Of a stretch of 64,000 bases of DNA, positions 1 to 12,290 are shown in pieces. Location: NCBI GenBank assembly GCA_030141605.1, contig JAQGDQ010000226.1, forward strand, positions 124,001-188,000, in the 5' to 3' direction. The stretch is from Tubiluchus corallicola. Lineage: Eukaryota > Animalia > Priapulida. Numbering within the stretch: position 1 is the first letter of the stretch; each line of letters starts with the position of its first letter. The position numbers and the translations under genes are program-made. A model generated the notes under the pieces. The model was not told the origin of the DNA. It made no database searches and saw only the letters and a program-made list of their open reading frames with translations.

Positions 1-1657
1 ACAGGCAAACTAGTTGGACTCCAGGAATTAGCTTTTGTCATTTCCGTTTCAAAAATGGCTGACACACAACCACAAGAAAACAGCTCTCTCTCTCTCTCTC
101 ACAATTTTAACAAAAAATTTATCACAAAAACAAAAAGCAAATTATTTCTATCAATTTGACCTTCATTTCTCTTCACTCTTTCTCGCCTCTTCTCTCTGTC
201 CTGCTCCCACTTTCTCTCTTCCGTTGTTCTATTCCGTCCCATGAAATTTATTACTAAAAGCAACTGCATCTAATTTACATGCAGCCATTACCGTACCCAT
301 TGAAACTATACTCAAGCGTCGTTAAATGGGTCACATTTCGGATGGAAATAAATTTTTCGAAAAACAAATGCCTAGTGGTTATTCTGGGGACCACGGTGGT
401 CAAAATGATGCATGAAAGGTATGCATGTCCAAGTCCAGAGACGTCGATTACTCCATTACAATAGTCATAAGTCATTCATTTCACCATTACACATTTACAA
501 TAGTTTCGTGTACAATACATAGTGAAAAGGCCTACAATGAACATAATACAAATAAGTTTTATTGTTTCTGCACTAGAAAAGCCTCGCACACTGTTCACCT
601 ATATACAAATGTAAATGTGTTGTGGGCAATCAAAAAGCAGGGCTTGTTAGATTGTCCTTCATAGTGAAAGAAAAAAAAGTAATGAAAATTATCTGAAAAT
701 TTGAAGTGAATCGTATGATAAAGAAAACATTAGTGCTACAGAATGGAATGATATAATGAATGAAGTTCATATATGAGATGACACAATAGAAAATGTTTAC
801 AAATAGTTTCAAATTATAAAACATGATCCAACCATTTCCCCTTTGTGTAATGAATTGTGATAAAACATAATTATTAGACATTAGAAAATGTCGTCTCACG
901 CAGGCGTGAGACTGGGACGTCACACACTAATGTATGATGAGGACTGCAGCTGCGGCCCGGCAGATCAGCTGCCGTATATTACAGCCTTAATTAATGGGAT
1001 CTCAGACAGCTGCGGGAAGATTATGATGTCAGCCTCGTAAGGGTTTATGAACATGTGACGTCTTCTTCATTTTTGCTCGATATTTACAGCTGTGGATCTG
1101 GTTGCAAAAGGAACAGATTCAGCAAGGATTGAACTACAGCTTCCTATAGGAACTCAGCATCCTGTGAACAGCTAATGAAGTTCCTGCTCGTGAGAAGAAA
1201 GCTCAAGATCATCAGCAACACTGTAGCTTGGTCTAAGATGCTAAACTGTTGCTAGGTAACTGGAGAGTCTAGAGTGTGTGGTTGTCACAAAACATGTTTG
1301 GACTCCAAGGTTTTGCCCTATATTAACTTTCATTACATTTAATTTCAATTTTGAATTTTTTGGAGTTTGCCTTGTTTATACACACTTTTGTCTTGTTTAT
1401 GCGCTGTCTTTTTCAAACGTAGTTTTACTGTACGCTCTGTATTTTAGTTTTCAGTGTAACGTCTGTCTTTTTTACCTCTGACATTGCTGTTATCCTTTTA
1501 ACCTATTGCAGTCTTTATATTTGTCTTTTGTCTTTCTACCCACTGACAGTTTTACTATAGATTTCTTTCTTATATGCATTCTACTGTTGCCTTTTCTCTT
1601 ACTGACTTTTTTGCTGTTTGACTTTTTTACTTATTTTTGTTATTTGGTTTCTTATTG

Positions 1658-2156
1658 CTGTAAGCGCAGTTTAAAAGACTCACGGTTAATAGACTCAATC
1701 ACTTAATTGCCTCAAAAATGCCTTGGAACGGGCTGCTTCTATTCAAATATACATAAAAACTATCAGTAATTGGCTCAAATAACTCCGCATAATTGACTCA
1801 ATATTCTTCCTTCACCTACATAAAATGTATGTATGTGCCCAGAGAACCTTTCCTACTTTTATGTCATCTTTACTTCCCTTTTGTGCACCATGTACGCAGA
1901 AACAATCATGTTAAGTACCGTTTTGTTTGTAAGCAGGTACGTTTATCATGCACTAATACGCTAGTTTTTAACTGCACAAAGGAATTTAGGGAATAATTCA
2001 TTTCTAAAATTCATTAAAAAGCTTTGCAGCGCATACTAAGCTGATGACTCATACTTCTATACCAGTAATACTACACCCATCCGATAATAGGTTCAGTCGG
2101 TTAATTGGGCCGAAACACGTCGGACCCAAAGTGAGTCTATTAAGCGGCGCCTACTG
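1658..2156. mobile_element. Non-autonomous pogo/Tigger-like (Tc1/mariner) MITE
   Basis: Imperfect ~26-bp terminal inverted repeats: ctgtaagcgcagtttaaaagactcac versus the reverse complement of the right end, cagtaggcgccgcttaatagactcac. TA follows the right end; the left flank is TG. Confidence 0.6.
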
Positions 2157-2580
2157 TATTGTGTTTCTTACAATTGTCATTTTGACTTTTCTGTTTTTTC
2201 CCTACTCCTGAAGGCAAAACATGTTTCTCCTTAATCACACTTTGGACCTCAGCAAACAATACAAGCATAGAGGCAAACGACATCGGAGATGCTTCGTAAC
2301 TGAAACCGTGTTTTCATTATCATTGTACCCAAAATGACAAAAACACTGTGAGACCAATAAGGGAAATCTTATTCCCTTGTAAAAGAACTAGAAGAAATCA
2401 ACTGATGATGTAATTTAAAAACTTAGCAAGAAATTAAATTAAACTCTAGGCCTGGGTATATAAAGCTTCCCGAAATGCCTTTCAATACATATAATTATCT
2501 GAAACTTTGCCAAATGAAATTAAATTTTCGATGACATTATAAACATATGCTTAGTGCAGGTGTATAATTAATATATATAA

Positions 2581-2920
2581 ACACACACACGTACAGAGTA
2601 TGTATTAAATTACACGCTATTGCAAAATTAGTCCACAAATAATTATGGCTATTTTAATCGAGATTTGATCGTACTAAATGTTTACCTTTATACAAGTTCA
2701 ATCACCTTTAAATTGATGCACAGGCTTTACTTTTCTTTTTTTGTACAAATGGAAAAGTGAAAAAAAAGAAAATTAAAGCCTGTGCATCAATTTAAAGGTG
2801 ATTGAACTTGTATAAAGGTAAACATTTAGTACGATCAAATCTCGATTAAAATAGCCATAATTATTTGTGGACTAATTTTGCAATAGCGTGTAATTTAATA
2901 CATACTCTGTATGTGTGTGT
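2581..2920. repeat. Near-perfect long inverted repeat (foldback), ~160-bp arms, ~17-nt spacer
   Basis: 2581-2742 is the reverse complement of ~2760-2920 with about 2 mismatches; the outer ends are (CA)n and (TG)n. Confidence 0.95.
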
Positions 2921-3326
2921 GCGTGCGTGCGCGCGTGCATGCGTGCGTGTGTGTGTAAGATATATATACATAATAAATAATAATAATAATAATTCCCTTA
3001 ATAAGTAAAGAGAGCAGCAACTTAGTATAGCATCATCTCGGCTTTGAACAAGATTTTATATCGTAATTCCACTTAATTAGGTACATTGTGTCATGATATT
3101 TATATCTCGCATAAATTTGCCTGAAGCACAAGGCAAAACAACAAGTGCATCTTATAGGGTGAAATATCTTCAGCTATTTTTCATTTAAAGAACTTTTCGG
3201 AATTATGGTCCAATTGAAATTCAAATTTTTTGAATTTGCCTGGAAATGTTAGTGTTTTTTATTGTATTTAATAATCTTGTATATGATTTTTACATGCTGC
3301 CTTTTTTGATCTTCACCACGATTATA

Positions 3327-4056
3327 TTAGACCCATACGAACTAGCATCGCCTGAAAACTGTGATTATATCTGCATTGGCATTAGGGTGTTAGACCTATA
3401 CGAACTAGCATCGCCTGAAAACTGTGATTATATCTGCATTGGCATTAGGGTGTTAAACCCGTACGAACTAGCATCGCCTGAAAACTGTGATTATATCTGC
3501 ATTGGCATTAGGGTGTTAGACCCATACGAACTAGCATCGCCTAAAAACTGTGATTATATCTGCATTGGTATTAGGGTGTGAGACCCATACGAACTAGCAT
3601 CGCCTATAAACTGTGATTATATCTGCATTGGCATTAGGGTGTTAGACCCATACGAACTAGCATCGCCTGAAAACTGTGATTATATCTCCATTGGTATTAG
3701 GGTGTTAGACCCATACGAACTAGCATCGCCTGAAAACTGTGATTATATCTGCATTGGCATTAGGGTGTTAGACCCATACGAACTAGCATCGCCTATAAAC
3801 TGTGATTATATCTGCATTGGCATTAGGGTGTGAGACACATACGAACTAGCATCGCCTGAAAACTGTGATTATATTTGGATTGGCATTAGGGTGTTAGACC
3901 CATACGAACTAGCATCGCCTATAAACTGTGATTATATCTGCATTGGCGTTAGGGTGTTAGACCCATACGAACTAGCATCGCCTATAAACTGCGATTATAT
4001 TTGGATAGACATTAGGGTGTTAAACCCGTACGAACTAGCACCGCCTGAAAACTGTG
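3327..4056. repeat. Minisatellite, 63-bp unit, ~11.5 copies
   Basis: Unit ttagacccatacgaactagcatcgcctgaaaactgtgattatatctgcattggcattagggtg, which explains the repeated LDPYELASPENCDYICIGIRV ORFs. Confidence 0.97.
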
Positions 4057-4920
4057 TCTCTACCAGACTCTGTTGACCGCTTCTAATGGACGTGACTGCC
4101 AGGCCCCTAGACTGCTTCTAATGCCTCCACATCTCATTAACTACAGTAAATTGAACACAGTTTCATGGTTTCGGAGTGCAGACGACTCATAAACTGCTAC
4201 GGTTTAGAAGCCTGCGTCCGCGTAACCTGATTTGACCACGTTGGAAACCTGACATCGCTTGACATTTACACTAGACTCTACTGTGTATTATTGACAATAT
4301 AGCGCGAAAGCCATATAGCGTGCATCGGGTTTGCCAATGCCAATATTTGCCTCTCTAACGTGTTCCTGATATACAATATAACCTACATTAATAGGCCAGG
4401 GTAGAATAAAACAGCCGGAGCTTGTCTTTACCGCGTTAACAATGCAAGTATTGACGCGTACAATGCATATTTCATGAGTGGCAAATAAACATGTTCGAAT
4501 TGAACGTGCAGTGGGTAATGAACATTGGTCTGTTTTGCAAAATTTGTAAATTTCAAAAATGTTATACGATCTCACATTCTTGTCCTTATCTTAAAAAACA
4601 AATTAGTACATACTCTTGTAAAAACTATTTCTTCTCGGTATTTTAAATTTCGTGTCAATCATCCCCACACAAATCTCTGATAGATGTTGAATTATTATTG
4701 GCAGGTCTATCAACAGTACTATCTTTTTCGAAAATATGAACTTCGTCCTCTTTGGTAAACGGTTAATTCTTTGGGTTTTTTGCTTCTGGCAACCATTAGA
4801 AAATTCTTTCTTTAAAATTTTTACTACATTTTTCAAAACATTACACGTCAATGTACATTGTATTTGTTATTCACTGTACAGCTTTGTATTACTCGAGTTT
4901 TATATAACACTATTTTATGT

Positions 4921-5055
4921 AAGTGTGTTAAGCAGAAAAAGACGTAGAGGAGAAACTGTTTGTAGTGTGTTAAGCAGAAAAAGACGTAGCGGAGAAACTG
5001 TTTGTAGTGTGTTAAGTAGAAACAGATCGAGGGGAAAAACTGTTTGTAGTGTGTT
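4921..5055. repeat. Short tandem repeat, 42-bp unit, ~3 copies
   Basis: agtgtgttaagcagaaaaagacgtagaggagaaactgtttgt occurs three times. Confidence 0.9.
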
Positions 5056-5664
5056 GTCAGAAATGTCACACATCGAAAAATTATTGAGGTTTGAGTCTAA
5101 AAGTGTCAGTATTCATAGAATGGCAACACTGTCTAGCAATAAACCTGCTAGCAACACCATTAAGTTACTAGACTAGAAACATGATTCTGAGGTAAGAACA
5201 CAAAAATGTTGCAGCACCGTATTTATTTGTCACAACAATGTTTTATTATTTTATCTAACACTAGGTGGCTCTGATCAAAACTTGCCGTATCGTAAAAACC
5301 CAAAAACTGAAAAAGTGATTACAATATCAAATAGTTTCGCGAGTAAAAACTCGATAATCAGAATTCACAAATGGAGGTTTACACGATTTTTTACCCTATC
5401 CGACTGGTTAGCTAAACAGCACACACATGTGTAGCCGTTTAGTCAGATGTGTGGTGCGTATTTTGCACCAGTTTGTTTATTGTTGTTTAACTGGCGCTAC
5501 AACGGAAAGTGATTAAGCCATCAACAGAGCAAATAGCTGAAAGTCAAAAGGCAAACCAGTTCCTCATACTTGCCATAGCAGTTTTACTCCATATTCTTTT
5601 GCTGAAGAGTACATGCTTAACTAGGAAAGTGTGGAGTGTTGCAATTTGTCAATAGGCGATCGTC

Positions 5665-6085
5665 ACTCTGTCTGTCTGTCTGTCTTGACTCTCTCTTTCA
5701 GTCCATCTTGTCTCTCTCTCAAGCTTCTCTCTCATCCTCTCTACCCCTTTCTCTCCATCTCTGTCTCCCCTCTCTCTCTCTCTCCCGCTCTCTCGTTTCT
5801 CTTCTCTCTCTCTCCCTCTCTCTTTCTCTCTCCTCTCACTCTCTCTGTCTGTCTTGACTCTCTCTTTCACTTCATCTTGTCTCTCCCTCATAGCTTCTCT
5901 CTCATCCTCTCTGCCACTTTCTTCCCCTTCTCTCCCTCGCTCTTTCTTTTCTTATATCCTCTCACTCACTCATTCGCCATTTGTCTCTCTCTCTCCCCAA
6001 AATAAAAGATTTATTTATTTATTCCCTCTCTCCCTACTACTTTTTCTTCTTTCTCTCCCCCTCTCTCAAGCACACCCTCTCTACC
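5665..6085. repeat. CT-rich low-complexity tract with an internal ~75-bp duplication
   Basis: Pyrimidine-rich (CT)n-like tract; ctgtctgtcttgactctctctttca...agcttctctctcatcctctct occurs at ~5675 and ~5845. Confidence 0.9.
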
Positions 6086-6373
6086 CCTGTCATTTCATTT
6101 TGCTTGTGCACTGCCAGCCTTCTTTCATTCACAGTTTTTTCTTTAGTTTCTCTTTATCTTGTTCCTTCTTGTCTTTCTCTAATTTGTAGTTCTCGCCAAG
6201 TACTCTCCGTTTCACATTCACCGTCAATCGATCCCATCACTTCTCATGCATACTACTATTTCTTTTTGCAGTTATCATTTTCAATTTCCAAGTACGCCTA
6301 TTTTCCCACCACGTGTGGATACTCAAAAATCCTAAGATGTCGGAATAGCAGAATCAAGAGAATGTTTGCTTAC

Positions 6374-6450
6374 CCAGCTTTTGAGAAAAGATTTTATCGA
6401 ATGTTATGTCTCCGAGTTTCTCCATGTACTTATGCATCACGCTCTTCACA
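6374..6450 (-). CDS. GRK2: G protein-coupled receptor kinase 2 (beta-ARK/Gprk1 type), coding exon 2
   Basis: 77-bp exon between tttattgcag and gtaagc, encoding (S)VKSVMHKYMEKLGDITFDKIFSQKL(G). It is in phase with exon 1 and matches GRK2 [26 protein letters not shown]. It is not in the ORF track. Confidence 0.95.
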
Positions 6451-6534
6451 CTGCAATAAAACAACTGCTTGTTAAAATTCCAGTTAGATTAGGTTTTCTT
6501 TTGCAAATTAATTGAATTGGTTCTTGGATATTAA

Positions 6535-6905
6535 AGGAAAACGGGGTGATTTTTCGCATACTATCCCTTATCGAAGTACAGTAAAAAGTATACATTTTAA
6601 CACCTATAATAACACCAAAATGTGTCTGATAATTAAATTACAGGTTTTTTAAAATGGCGATTGAGCCCAACTAGTGATGACTCATAAACTAACATAATCT
6701 TCAACAGCACAAACATTCCATGAGAGTGTTTGCAATTGTTTGTGAAAGCGAAGCTTGAAGTACGGTGCTACTGTAAGAGATTCAGCGTGATGTACGAAAA
6801 CCCGGCAAAGTTTTAGTTTAGAATTCAATTTTCAAGTTAACCGCAATGCTCAGGCATGAGCTCTCGAACGTGTGTACTACGTCACAACCGAACACCTTTG
6901 AATTT
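6535..6905 (+). mobile_element. TTAA-flanked (Kolobok-type) non-autonomous DNA element, partial copy
   Basis: Starts TTAA|AGGAAAA; homologous to 9279-9660 and to 30570-31104 (reverse), sharing gcgaaagttgaggtacagtgctactgtaag and gcatgagctc..gaacgtgtgtag. Confidence 0.7.
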
Positions 6906-7269
6906 TGCAATACTTCTGTACTGATTTGTACAAATACTATTTCCCTACAAACTTTATTCTAAGTGCAGGGTGTCTACAAAGTTTATTTACGATTGTGAAA
7001 ATATATTAACGAAAAGCATGTTTTATAGCCACGGTTATAACGAGGTACAGAGTACTTCTCAAAGTTTGCACTGCTTTGCCAATCACCAATGCGTGGCCAA
7101 GATTAGCTGCAGTAACACACTACTGCATTGTACACTATTCCTCATTGTGGGCGACGTCGCAAAATTTTAGGATTTTCAGTTTTCACTGGGGTTTTCTGAA
7201 TCATTTGTATCCACAAGAGATGATATGAATTACCATTCAAATTTACATTGAAAACTTAATAACTCAGCT

Positions 7270-7499
7270 GGCCACATGGCTTTGATGCTGAGCCCTCAAT
7301 TGGCTTTTGAAGATACTAACATTTGAGGCACTAATCATATCGTCTGGCAAGGCATTCCAACAGGGAATAACTCTTTCGGTGAGACAATGACCTTTTATGT
7401 TAGCATGATAGAAACCCTGGAACGGTTTCATCGAATGTCCATCGTAGCTCGTAGTGATGACGAGTCGGGAGGAAGAAGACAACGAGGCTTGACAAATAC
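7270..7499 (-). mobile_element. CR1/L2-type LINE 3' ORF2 remnant
   Basis: Minus-strand HCLTERVIPCWNALPDDMISASNVSIFKSQL resembles the CR1/L2 C-terminal motif FSxRVVxxWNxLPxxVVxAxSLxxFKxxL. Confidence 0.8.
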
Positions 7500-8619
7500 T
7501 TTGTACATTGCAATTTGTAACACGATTGGCTGAATTAATTATCTTTGTACATTGCAATTTGTAACACGATTGGCTGAATTAATTATCTTTGTATATTGCA
7601 ATTTGTAACACGATTGGCTGAATTAATTATCTTTGTATATTGCAATTTGTAACACGATTGGCTGAATTAATTATCTTTGTATATTGCAATTTGTAACACA
7701 ATTGGCTGAATTAATTATCTTTGTATATTGCAATTTGCAACACGATTGGTTGAATTAATTATCTTTGTATATTGCAATTTGCAACACGAATGGTTGAATT
7801 AATTATCTTTGTATATTGCAATTTGTAACACGATTGGTTGAATTAATTATCTTTGTATATTGCAATTTGCAACAAGATTGGCTGAATTAATTATCTTTGT
7901 ATATTGCAATTTGCAACACGATTGGTTGAATTAATTATCTTTGTATATTGCAATTTGCAACAGGATTGGCTGAATTAATTATCTTTGTATATTGCAATTT
8001 GAAACACGATTGGTTGAATTAATTATCTTTGTATATTGTAATTTGTAACACGAATGGTTGAATTAATTACACGATTGGTTGAATTAATTATCTTGCATAT
8101 TGTAATTTGTAACACGAATGGCTGAATTAATTATCTTTGTATATTGCAATTTGCAACACGATTGGCTGAATTAATTATCTTTGCATATTGCAATTTGCAA
8201 CACGATTGGCTGAATTAATTATCTTTGTATATTGCAATTTGTAACACGATTGGTTGAATTAATTATCTTTGTATATTGCAATTTGTAACACGATTGGTTG
8301 AATTAATTATCTTTGTATACTGCAATTTGCAACACGAATGGCTCAATTAATTATCTTTGTATAATGCAATTTGCAACGCGATTGGCTGAATTAAGTATCT
8401 TTGTATATTGCAATTTGCAACACGATTGGTTGAATTAATTATCTTTGTATATTACAATTTGTAACACGATTGGTTGAATTAATTATCTTTGTATATTGCA
8501 ATTTGCAACACGATTGGTTGAATCAATTATCTTTGTATATTGCAATTTGCAACACGATTGGTTGAATTAATTATCTTTGTATATTGCAATTTGCAACACG
8601 ATTGGTTGAATTAATTATC
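7500..8619. repeat. Minisatellite, 44-bp unit, ~25 copies
   Basis: Unit ttgtatattgcaatttgtaacacgattggctgaattaattatct. Confidence 0.97.
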
Positions 8620-8795
8620 CTTTTTACAGGGACAGCAGTAAATTTTTTTGAAATTTTAAAAAACCATGTGGCACCCTGAATTCACAGGAATAGCAGGCTT
8701 CGTATCAAGTAGAAAACTGCTTTTGCTTTACTATAAAATTCCATACAGATCTTCACAACCATTTTGAAGCCAATATGATATACTGTACGTTTTAA

Positions 8796-9274
8796 GGAAT
8801 TTTAAATCTGAATTCAAAAATGTATGTACATCTTCGTTTTAAGACACTCAAACACGATTAACACTTTCTCATCTGCCTTGTGCTCCGGGCTTCTTCGTAA
8901 GCTTACAAGCAATGAACTGAATATGGCTTGTTTAAGATAACACCAAACACACTGGTTTTTGCGTTCAATTAGGCACATCTGCGCCGCGTATCCAGTAAAA
9001 CCATCGCATGAAAAAACGACTCAACGTTGAGAAAGCTGAAGAATGTTCCGGAAGCTTTGATTTTCAGTTAGCAGCAGTGATGACATCAATCTAGGCAATC
9101 AAAATGGCATCAAAAACTTCGGCTTCTTTCAAAAAGTGCATGAAATGCTAAATGGTGTAAAACATGCCATTTTAATGCCTGGGCACTAAATGAAGCACCA
9201 TTGCAACGCACATTGCCCACCGCCATCCGCTGTTTATACAATAACAGAGTCTTTTCTTAAGAATTTAAAATTCC
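8796..9274. mobile_element. TTAA-flanked MITE (Kolobok-type termini)
   Basis: TTAA|ggaattttaaat ... atttaaaattcc|TTAA: 12-bp TIR with TTAA on both sides. Confidence 0.7.
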
Positions 9275-9278
9275 TTAA

Positions 9279-9847
9279 AGGAAGACATAATGATTTTTCA
9301 CATACTACCGGGTAACTACCCCATTTTCAAATACGATAGAAAGTATACGTTTTAACACAATTATTAGTGCAAAAGCATTTCTGATAATTAAATTATAGAT
9401 TAGAAACTTAATTAATGGCGGGCAAGCCCAACTATTGATGATATCACAAACTAGCATAATTTTGAACAGCAAAAATATTCCACTAGCGTGTTACACGTGT
9501 TTGCAAAAGCGAAAGTTGAGGTACAGTGCTACTGTAAGATATTCAGTGTGTTGTACAAAAACTAGGCAAGTCGTAAGATAAAAATTCAAAAGTCAAATTT
9601 AGCGCTGTGCTCACGCATGAGCTGCCGAACGTGTGTAGTTCGTCACAAACTAACACATCTGAACTGAGAGGTCAGCACCTGTTTTTTGCGCAATGAGTTT
9701 CCAAAATGCAGGCGCTAGAGTCCATCTAACTAGCGAATGGCGAAATGCACGTAACAGCGAAGAACTAGAGGCACGAACACGAATTGTGTTTGTGTGGTAA
9801 TAATTCTTTCACATAAGTCATTTTTGAAAAAACATTGCATGTTTCCT
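9279..9847 (+). mobile_element. TTAA-flanked (Kolobok-type) non-autonomous element, full-length copy
   Basis: Starts TTAA|aggaagac and ends gtttcct; colinear with the reverse copy at 30570-31104. Confidence 0.75.
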
Positions 9848-12290
9848 TTCAACATTTTAAAGAGGAGATTGTTTTGACCTACAGTTTAAGATTGGGTCCA
9901 GTTTACTTCAAGATCTCTGGCTGTTCTCCTAATGATGCAAGGCCTTTTCTCACACAATTTCTTGGATTCTGAACGGACAGACACACAAAAACAAGCTGGC
10001 AAAGGCAAAGAACGACACAACGATTCACTGTTAACTGTATCAAACTTCAATACAGTGCCTTTATCTAAAGTCCTAGAAAGCAGCCAAGCACGACTTTCAA
10101 CCCATGCCAACATCAGACCTGCTAAGCGTTTTCTAAATTTTAGGCCATGTGGTGAAATTAAGCTAAGTTATGGCAAACTTTCTTGGGAATAAGATAATAA
10201 TTATACAATTAAAGGTTAATATACAATAAGCCTTTTCACAGTTTTGCTATGCGTACACGCAGTTGCTGTAGGTCAAAAGTTACGTGAACCTCAGTAACGC
10301 GTCTTAACTACAACCATCACGTGACATGTGGGTAAAGCAAAGCCATTAGCCACAGCAGTTCAGTAACTTTAGTTGCGACATCATTTCATTTACGTAAACT
10401 ATTTACTTAATTATGTGTCTAGTGATTTACTAGCAGGATCTTGCTTGCGAACAGCAAAAAATGAACTAGGTAAGGTTCTAGTAGGCTGTAAAAACTCCTG
10501 CTATTATAATACAATGAGCTGTGGGGTGTTGTCAAGTGGATACAAATGCATTGTCTGGTAGACTTAACCTTTGATTTTTTCAGGATCATCATCAATCGCT
10601 GGAATTGTGAAAAAGCGTATGGCAAAAGTGGTATTAGGCAAATATGGAAGGCCAACAAGCTGATTAGACTCTGCTTTCAAACAAGAAGTTATCACCTTTG
10701 CTACCATAAACAAAGCACCCGATTCCAGACCTACTTTCTTAGTCTATTGGCCCTTTGTTTGAAAGAAAATGCATTTACAGTGATATCTGCATGTCTATAA
10801 ATTTCCTACGGATGAGCAGGCAAGCTCAGTGAAAGAACGACAACAAGCAGCAATACGGAGCCAGCCTTGGACCTCTTGAATGAAAATTTAAAAAAGTTAT
10901 ACTTGTAAATCAATTTGAAAGTGAGTTATTAAACTTTATTGTACGTGCTTAAACGGTAATAATCATATAAAAAGGTTTCTTGCAAATCATGCACATTTCT
11001 CTGCCCAGTCAATAACCGGTTTAAATTTGAAATACATTTGTATAAAATATAATTCCTGGATGAATAATATATAGAATTTTCTAAACTTGATTCACTAAAC
11101 AACAATCTAACTCAATAGTTGTGTAAGGCAAATTTTGTTCTACATAGTATATGGGCTATCGATTCCCAAATATATAGATCCACATTTCTAGAAAGGGAAT
11201 ATCTATACAATTATCATAGCACAACATCAATGTACATATACATATGTTATATATTTATATAATAATATATATATATTTATATAACAATTATATATATGTA
11301 CTGTTATCACAGGCTGCTCTAATATACTTTTTTGAGTATTATATGCATAAAGTGTGCATGTTTCTTGCAGTACGATTACTATCTTTTTTAAGTACTGATT
11401 TTATCTGTTTTTAAATCTCTACTTCTCGTCCTTGAATATAGTTTCAACCCTTGTTATGTATTTAATTTATTGTATTTCCGTGTGTCTGTATAATGTGTAC
11501 TACATATATGTATGAAATAAATGTTATATACGCCAAGGGAGTGTTACAATTGTCAGGAATACCTAGACAGGTTGACAGGTGAACAAATTTCAAAGTTGTG
11601 AAGCAGGGAAAAATAGTAAGTCCGGACCAAACATAAAATAACCAAAAATAATCCTACAGATTACAGATAAGGCTGTTCTACTTTAATCACAAGATCTTCA
11701 TTACAACTTTAGTCATGTTAACCAATAGTAAGACTTTAAGCAAACTCTTTAATCATGCACAGAAAATCTCTCTTTGCATAGAAAAGACAAAACTCGGCAT
11801 AAATTTGTTTTATAGGCATTTAATAAAGCCTCCTTATGAAACCGGTCGATGACTTTTTATATCTGACAAAGTCTTTGCCACTCTAGCCTCAATTTCGGTC
11901 GTTAGTATGGTAATGAGGCTCCGCTCACTCAAGTTGTCCAAAAACCTCGTTATCTCAACACCAAACAACGGGTCTACAAACTTAGTTACCGTAATAGCGT
12001 TGCATTGATCTTCGAGTCCTTCGTCACGTAGATCTAATCACAGATAGGGTGCAGCACGTTCGCTAAATGCACGGAGAAATTTCCATCTCACATTATCCTT
12101 ATTAGTGTGGAAGCCAGCAGGTTCACTGTAACCCTTAGATGAAGACGTGCAACGACAAACATGTTGATGCGCAAGAAAATCATCGAGAAAAGTAAACAAA
12201 TCTTCACAACATGTTTACAATTATGTAGAGACAAGGACAGCATGTGCAGCATGCTTCAAAGACATTCGACAATAAAAGTTCCATTTCAGA

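Noticed and set aside
930-1030. ATGATGA as a C/D snoRNA C box
   Set aside because: There is no suitably placed CTGA D box or terminal stem.
3327-4056. TTAGGG within the 63-bp unit as a telomeric/subtelomeric repeat
   Set aside because: There is a single hexamer per unit with no tandem TTAGGG, and the unit is better explained as LINE-derived.
2400-5630. Other CTGANGA motifs (e.g. 2402, 5602) as hammerheads
   Set aside because: They have no stem II followed by GAAA and no stem I/III pairing.
5631-6370. Leu/Ser-rich and Arg/Glu-rich ORFs
   Set aside because: They are translations of CT-rich low-complexity DNA.
10584-10762. Plus-strand peptide DSAFKQEV..DSRPTFLVYWPFV faintly like iRhom
   Set aside because: It has an in-frame stop, the similarity is too weak and there are no supporting exons.
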